Source: an uncultured Candidatus Micrarchaeota archaeon (GTDB lineage: Archaea > Micrarchaeota > Micrarchaeia > Burarchaeales > Fermentimicrarchaeaceae). From it: DNA of 64,000 bases. Within the stretch, counting starts at the first letter, position 1. Each line of letters begins with the position of its first letter. The DNA is taken from NCBI GenBank assembly GCA_963760615.1, contig CAVXDX010000003.1:1-64000 (forward strand), written 5' to 3'. A model generated the notes under the pieces. That model saw nothing but the letters and a program-made list of their open reading frames with translations. It had not been told where the DNA came from and did no database searches. The translations under genes were made by a program, and so were the position numbers. This document shows positions 60,383 through 64,000 of this stretch, piece by piece.

Positions 60383-60940
60383 TCATACAAGGGAGCGTCC
60401 TAAGTATGCCAGCGCAACGCACTTCAATATCTTGCCTGCAAGGCATGCGAGTAGAAACTTCCATGCAGGGTATTCCAATGCTCCAGCGGCAAGTCCTGCA
60501 ACATCAAAGAATGGATTCGGGATAGCTGCGAATATGAAGATTGTCAGAAAGCCATTCCTCCTCATCCATCTTTTTACAGTTTTGTAAATTCTTGTTTTAT
60601 TTTTTTCAATTGCTAGCCTACCGCCGCAGCCTGCAAAATAACCGCTGAGCTCGCCCAGCGCGCTTCCTATACCTGCTACAATTCCAACACGGAGAGGGTT
60701 GAGGAACATGCCTGCAATTGGAACTCCGACAAGCCCAGGAGCGGGCAGGAGAATTGTGGCGCTTGAGATGAACATCAGGAGAAAAACTCCGAGGTAACCC
60801 AGCGTATACAGCCTTTTCATTAAAAACTCTGTTGGGTTTGCTACATAAATCAGAGCTATTAGAACTATGGCAAGTACCGAAGCGACCAGCTCCCACCTGA
60901 AAACTTTTTTCTCAGTTTTTTTCAAACTACCACTTATCAC
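60383..60940 (-). CDS. VTT/DedA (SNARE-associated) membrane protein
   Basis: GSALGELSGYFAG, FAAIPNPFFDVAGLAAG. Confidence 0.88.
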   Translation of the reverse strand: MISGSLKKTEKKVFRWELVASVLAIVLIALIYVANPTEFLMKRLYTLGYLGVFLLMFISSATILLPAPGLVGVPIAGMFLNPLRVGIVAGIGSALGELSGYFAGCGGRLAIEKNKTRIYKTVKRWMRRNGFLTIFIFAAIPNPFFDVAGLAAGALEYPAWKFLLACLAGKILKCVALAYLGRSLV

Positions 60941-60993
60941 TAAGACAACTACAACTATTTATATAAGACCTATTAATTATTATTACTGGTTTC

Positions 60994-63804
60994 ATGCCCA
61001 CGAAAATGCTTGAGAAGGAAACTCCCAAGGAAGTTGTCAAGGGCGACCTTGAGTCTTTGCTGAGCAAGCTGACCGAGGAAACGAAGAAGACGACCAAACT
61101 CAAATCCCTCAAGGACCTCAGATTAAAGGCAGCTCTCAAGGAAGTTGAGGCGAATACCGCATTCGCGAATGCACTGCTAGTCATGGCAGGCTGTCTCTTC
61201 CTGCTCATTACGTTCCCACTCTACCCAATCTGGCTCATCCCGTTCATAGTCATCCTAGTCGGCTTCGTAGCATACCACCACGCTCCTCTTGGGACAATGA
61301 TGAGCACATTCGTCGCATTCCCGGCAGTTGCGTACCAGTCGCCGCTCTTCGCCTGGTTCTTCACAATGGTAATATCGATAACTCTCATAGCGTCATTCAC
61401 CTACTGGCAGGTCATCTGCCTGCTGTTCATAACAGTGTTTGCACCCTTCAACTCGCTCGGGTTCTTCATTCCAACACTCCTGACATTCGCAGCCCTCTAC
61501 CTTGGCTCTAAGAGGGGTTCCGTAATAACCCTCATAACAGTTCTGCTTGTCCTCATAATATCCATAATGTGGGGCGTGAACGAAACAGGCACTGTCAACA
61601 GCGCGTTCATCATCTACAACCCCCAAAAGCTTTCAGAGCTGTACACGCGAGGAGGGGGGGAGTTCTCCGCACTTTCAAAGCATACGCCCGCACCAGATGT
61701 GTCTCTGCTTGGGGATGATATCATAGCGGCTTTTGCGAACCTCTACAAATGGGATAGCATGCAGTATGTGGGCACCTCAATAAATGCAATACTGGATGCG
61801 CTGCTCATACTCTTCATATCAGATTCGGCATCCATCCAGCTAATCTGCTGGATTGTTGCGGCATTCCTCACAGGCTCCATAGCTGGTGTGCTCAACAGCA
61901 GATACAAAAGCTCAGTTGCCGCCTTCTCTTTCCTTATTATTCCCATAGGCTACTGGCTTTCATGCGCGATATCCAGCCAGCCATTCAACCCGTTCATCTT
62001 TCCAAGCGTGCTGCTGGGAGTAGCAATGGTCTTCTTCCTCGAACAAAATGGAATAGACATCTCAAGGGAGGTTACTGTAACAAAGATGGAGAAGGCTGGC
62101 AAGTTCAGGAAGTTCGGAATCCAGGATCTGAGCCTTGCGCCAGGAGTCGAATCCCTTGATGATATAGGCGATTACGAAGAGACTAAAAAGGAGCTTGTGG
62201 AGGCAATCCTCTGGCCGCTCACCAAGAAGGAGCTCTCCACTGCCTACGGGCTAAAGCCCCCGAGAGGTATACTGCTCTTTGGACCGCCGGGTACAGGCAA
62301 AACCATGATAATGCGGGCCATGTCACGGGAGATGAAGATAGGCTTCTATTACGTGAAGTGCAGCGACCTGCTCTCCGAGTGGTACGGGGAAAGCGAGAGG
62401 AATCTGAGCGAGCTTTTCAGGATAGCGAGGTCATCGGCCCCCTGCGTGCTTTTCTTTGATGAGATAGACTCCATAGGCAGAAAGAGGGAGAAATATTCAT
62501 CAGATGACGTTGCCCCTAGGCTTTTGGCGCTGTTCCTCTCTGAGCTGGATGGGTTCAAATCGACAAAGAACGTAATAATCGTAGGTGCAACAAACGTGCC
62601 GGAGGAGCTGGACAAGGCGCTGCTGAGGCCTGGGAGGTTCGACAAGATAATATACATGCCACTCCCGGACAAGGCAGGCAGGAAGCAGATATTCAAGCTG
62701 CACACAAGAAACTTTCCCCTTGCAGATGATGTTGACTTTGACAGGCTGGCCGAGAAGACGGAGAGGTACTCGGGAGCCGACATACAGAATATATGCATGG
62801 AGGCAGCAAGGAAGGTCGCCAAGATGGCAAGCGAGACAAATGAGGTTATACCAGTCTCCGTGGAACATTTCCTATCGGTTCTTGAGACTGTCAAGCCCAG
62901 CGTATCAATCGCAGACCTGCAGGATTATGAGAAGTTCAGGCTGGACTTCGAGAGGCGCACAGCTACGCCAAAGGTGAGGAATAAGGCAGAAAAGACCAGG
63001 TGGGAGGATGTTGTGGGGCTTGACGATGTGCGCCAGCTCCTCATTGAAGCTGTGGAGCTACCACTACTGCACGAGGATTTGCTGAAAGAATACAATGTGA
63101 CCCCAATCAAAGGTATACTGCTCTTTGGACCGCCAGGATGCGGGAAGACAATGATAGTCAAAGCTGCTTCCAATGAACTCAATGTAGCGTTCATACACAT
63201 AAGTGGTGCGGATCTCACGAAAGCAGGCTATATGGGGGCTGTGAACATCATAAAGGAGAGCTTCAACAGGGCAAGGGAGCGAGCACCTGCATTGATTTTC
63301 ATAGATGAGATAGATGCCATCGCCCCGAGCAGGGATCATTACTCATCCCCAGAGAACGAGAAGCTTGTGGCCCAGCTCCTTGATGAAATGGACGGGGTAA
63401 GCGATCTGAGGCAGGTCATGTTTGTGGCAGCAACAAACAAGCCTGAGAGGATAGACCCTGCGCTGCTGAGGCCCGGAAGGCTTGACAAGATAATACTTGT
63501 GCCGCCTCCTCTATTTGAGAACAGGAAGAGCATCTTCCAGCTCAACCTCGCAGGAATTCCTCTTGACAAGGACTTCAACTTCGAAACACTTGCGGCCAGA
63601 ACAGAGGGTTTCACAGGTGCAGATATAGCCTCAGTTTGCCAGGAAGCGAAGATGGAGCTTGTGAGGAAGAGGATAGGCGGAAAGAGAACAACGCTTTCCA
63701 TGGATGCAATGGACAGGATACTTTCAAAGAGAAGGCCGTCTGTTACGCTGCAGCATCTCCAAGTGTACATAAAGTTCCTGGAAGAGTATGGAGAAAGGAA
63801 GTAG
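60994..63804 (+). CDS. Polytopic-membrane protein fused to two Cdc48/VAT-like AAA+ domains (936 aa)
   Basis: About 10 hydrophobic segments in the first ~350 aa. D1: GPPGTGKT/FFDEID/ATN...D.ALLRPGRFD. D2: GPPGCGKT/FIDEID/ATN...RPGRLD. Confidence 0.9.
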   Translation: MPTKMLEKETPKEVVKGDLESLLSKLTEETKKTTKLKSLKDLRLKAALKEVEANTAFANALLVMAGCLFLLITFPLYPIWLIPFIVILVGFVAYHHAPLGTMMSTFVAFPAVAYQSPLFAWFFTMVISITLIASFTYWQVICLLFITVFAPFNSLGFFIPTLLTFAALYLGSKRGSVITLITVLLVLIISIMWGVNETGTVNSAFIIYNPQKLSELYTRGGGEFSALSKHTPAPDVSLLGDDIIAAFANLYKWDSMQYVGTSINAILDALLILFISDSASIQLICWIVAAFLTGSIAGVLNSRYKSSVAAFSFLIIPIGYWLSCAISSQPFNPFIFPSVLLGVAMVFFLEQNGIDISREVTVTKMEKAGKFRKFGIQDLSLAPGVESLDDIGDYEETKKELVEAILWPLTKKELSTAYGLKPPRGILLFGPPGTGKTMIMRAMSREMKIGFYYVKCSDLLSEWYGESERNLSELFRIARSSAPCVLFFDEIDSIGRKREKYSSDDVAPRLLALFLSELDGFKSTKNVIIVGATNVPEELDKALLRPGRFDKIIYMPLPDKAGRKQIFKLHTRNFPLADDVDFDRLAEKTERYSGADIQNICMEAARKVAKMASETNEVIPVSVEHFLSVLETVKPSVSIADLQDYEKFRLDFERRTATPKVRNKAEKTRWEDVVGLDDVRQLLIEAVELPLLHEDLLKEYNVTPIKGILLFGPPGCGKTMIVKAASNELNVAFIHISGADLTKAGYMGAVNIIKESFNRARERAPALIFIDEIDAIAPSRDHYSSPENEKLVAQLLDEMDGVSDLRQVMFVAATNKPERIDPALLRPGRLDKIILVPPPLFENRKSIFQLNLAGIPLDKDFNFETLAARTEGFTGADIASVCQEAKMELVRKRIGGKRTTLSMDAMDRILSKRRPSVTLQHLQVYIKFLEEYGERK

Positions 63805-63885
63805 AACCGCCGTCGTAAAATCGAAGTCTGTATTAGACAGATGACGTAACTTAATATTTAATTTATAAATTAAAATTGCTATATA

Positions 63886-63902
63886 TCCGAAACCTTTAAA
63901 TA
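63886..63902 (+). promoter_or_regulatory. BRE/TATA promoter for a unit running off the window end
   Basis: CCGAAAC followed by CTTTAAATAG in AT-rich DNA. Confidence 0.45.
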
Positions 63903-64000
63903 GCCTATAAAGTTAATCAACTATGATCACCATTATTGATGTGTGCCGAGTAGGCTCTTGGCAGCATATGAGATAAGGGTGTGTGGGCAAGTGTCGCCGG

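Overview
64-kb archaeal chromosomal window. Evidence for archaea: TATA/BRE promoters, GGTGA-type RBS, archaeal GluRS, C1:G72 tRNA-Tyr with a BHB-type intron. Gene content suggests DPANN, probably Micrarchaeota-like; this is inference and was not tested phylogenetically. Bases 1-3712 are an error-ridden reverse-complement copy of ~3753-7390, most likely a long-read fold-back artefact that cuts the 5' end of a >2,700-aa surface protein. That gene is coupled to a 2,094-aa membrane-anchored coiled-coil protein and a 134-aa helical protein. Recognisable housekeeping content: the lower modified (Aeropyrum-type) mevalonate pathway (ubiX, ubiD-like, AcnX large/small, ipk, fni, mvk), MEMO1, AK6/Fap7, gltX, cysS, TrpB2, an ECF/DUF4430 B12-type uptake pair, ABC and ZIP transporters, tRNA-Tyr/tRNA-Asp, a GT4-GH57-DUF5752 glucan cluster, an AbiE pair and two HerA/VirB4-like ATPases. 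Best candidates for undescribed biology: (i) a ~160-nt promoter-led, pseudoknotted, GNRA-capped RNA at 24520-24679 in a locus with ultra-acidic micro-proteins, a LIM-like Zn protein and a HerA-like ATPase; (ii) the giant adhesin plus giant coiled-coil operon; (iii) a minimal SerK-like protein coupled to TrpB2; (iv) a SUEL-lectin/papain surface protease sharing a novel-looking C-terminal anchor with another secreted protein; (v) a polytopic-membrane double-AAA ATPase; (vi) an FHA-PPP phosphatase; (vii) two covarying IS200/IS605-end mini-elements. No CRISPR array, rRNA, integrase or reverse transcriptase was seen. All domain calls are by eye from motifs; no searches were run.
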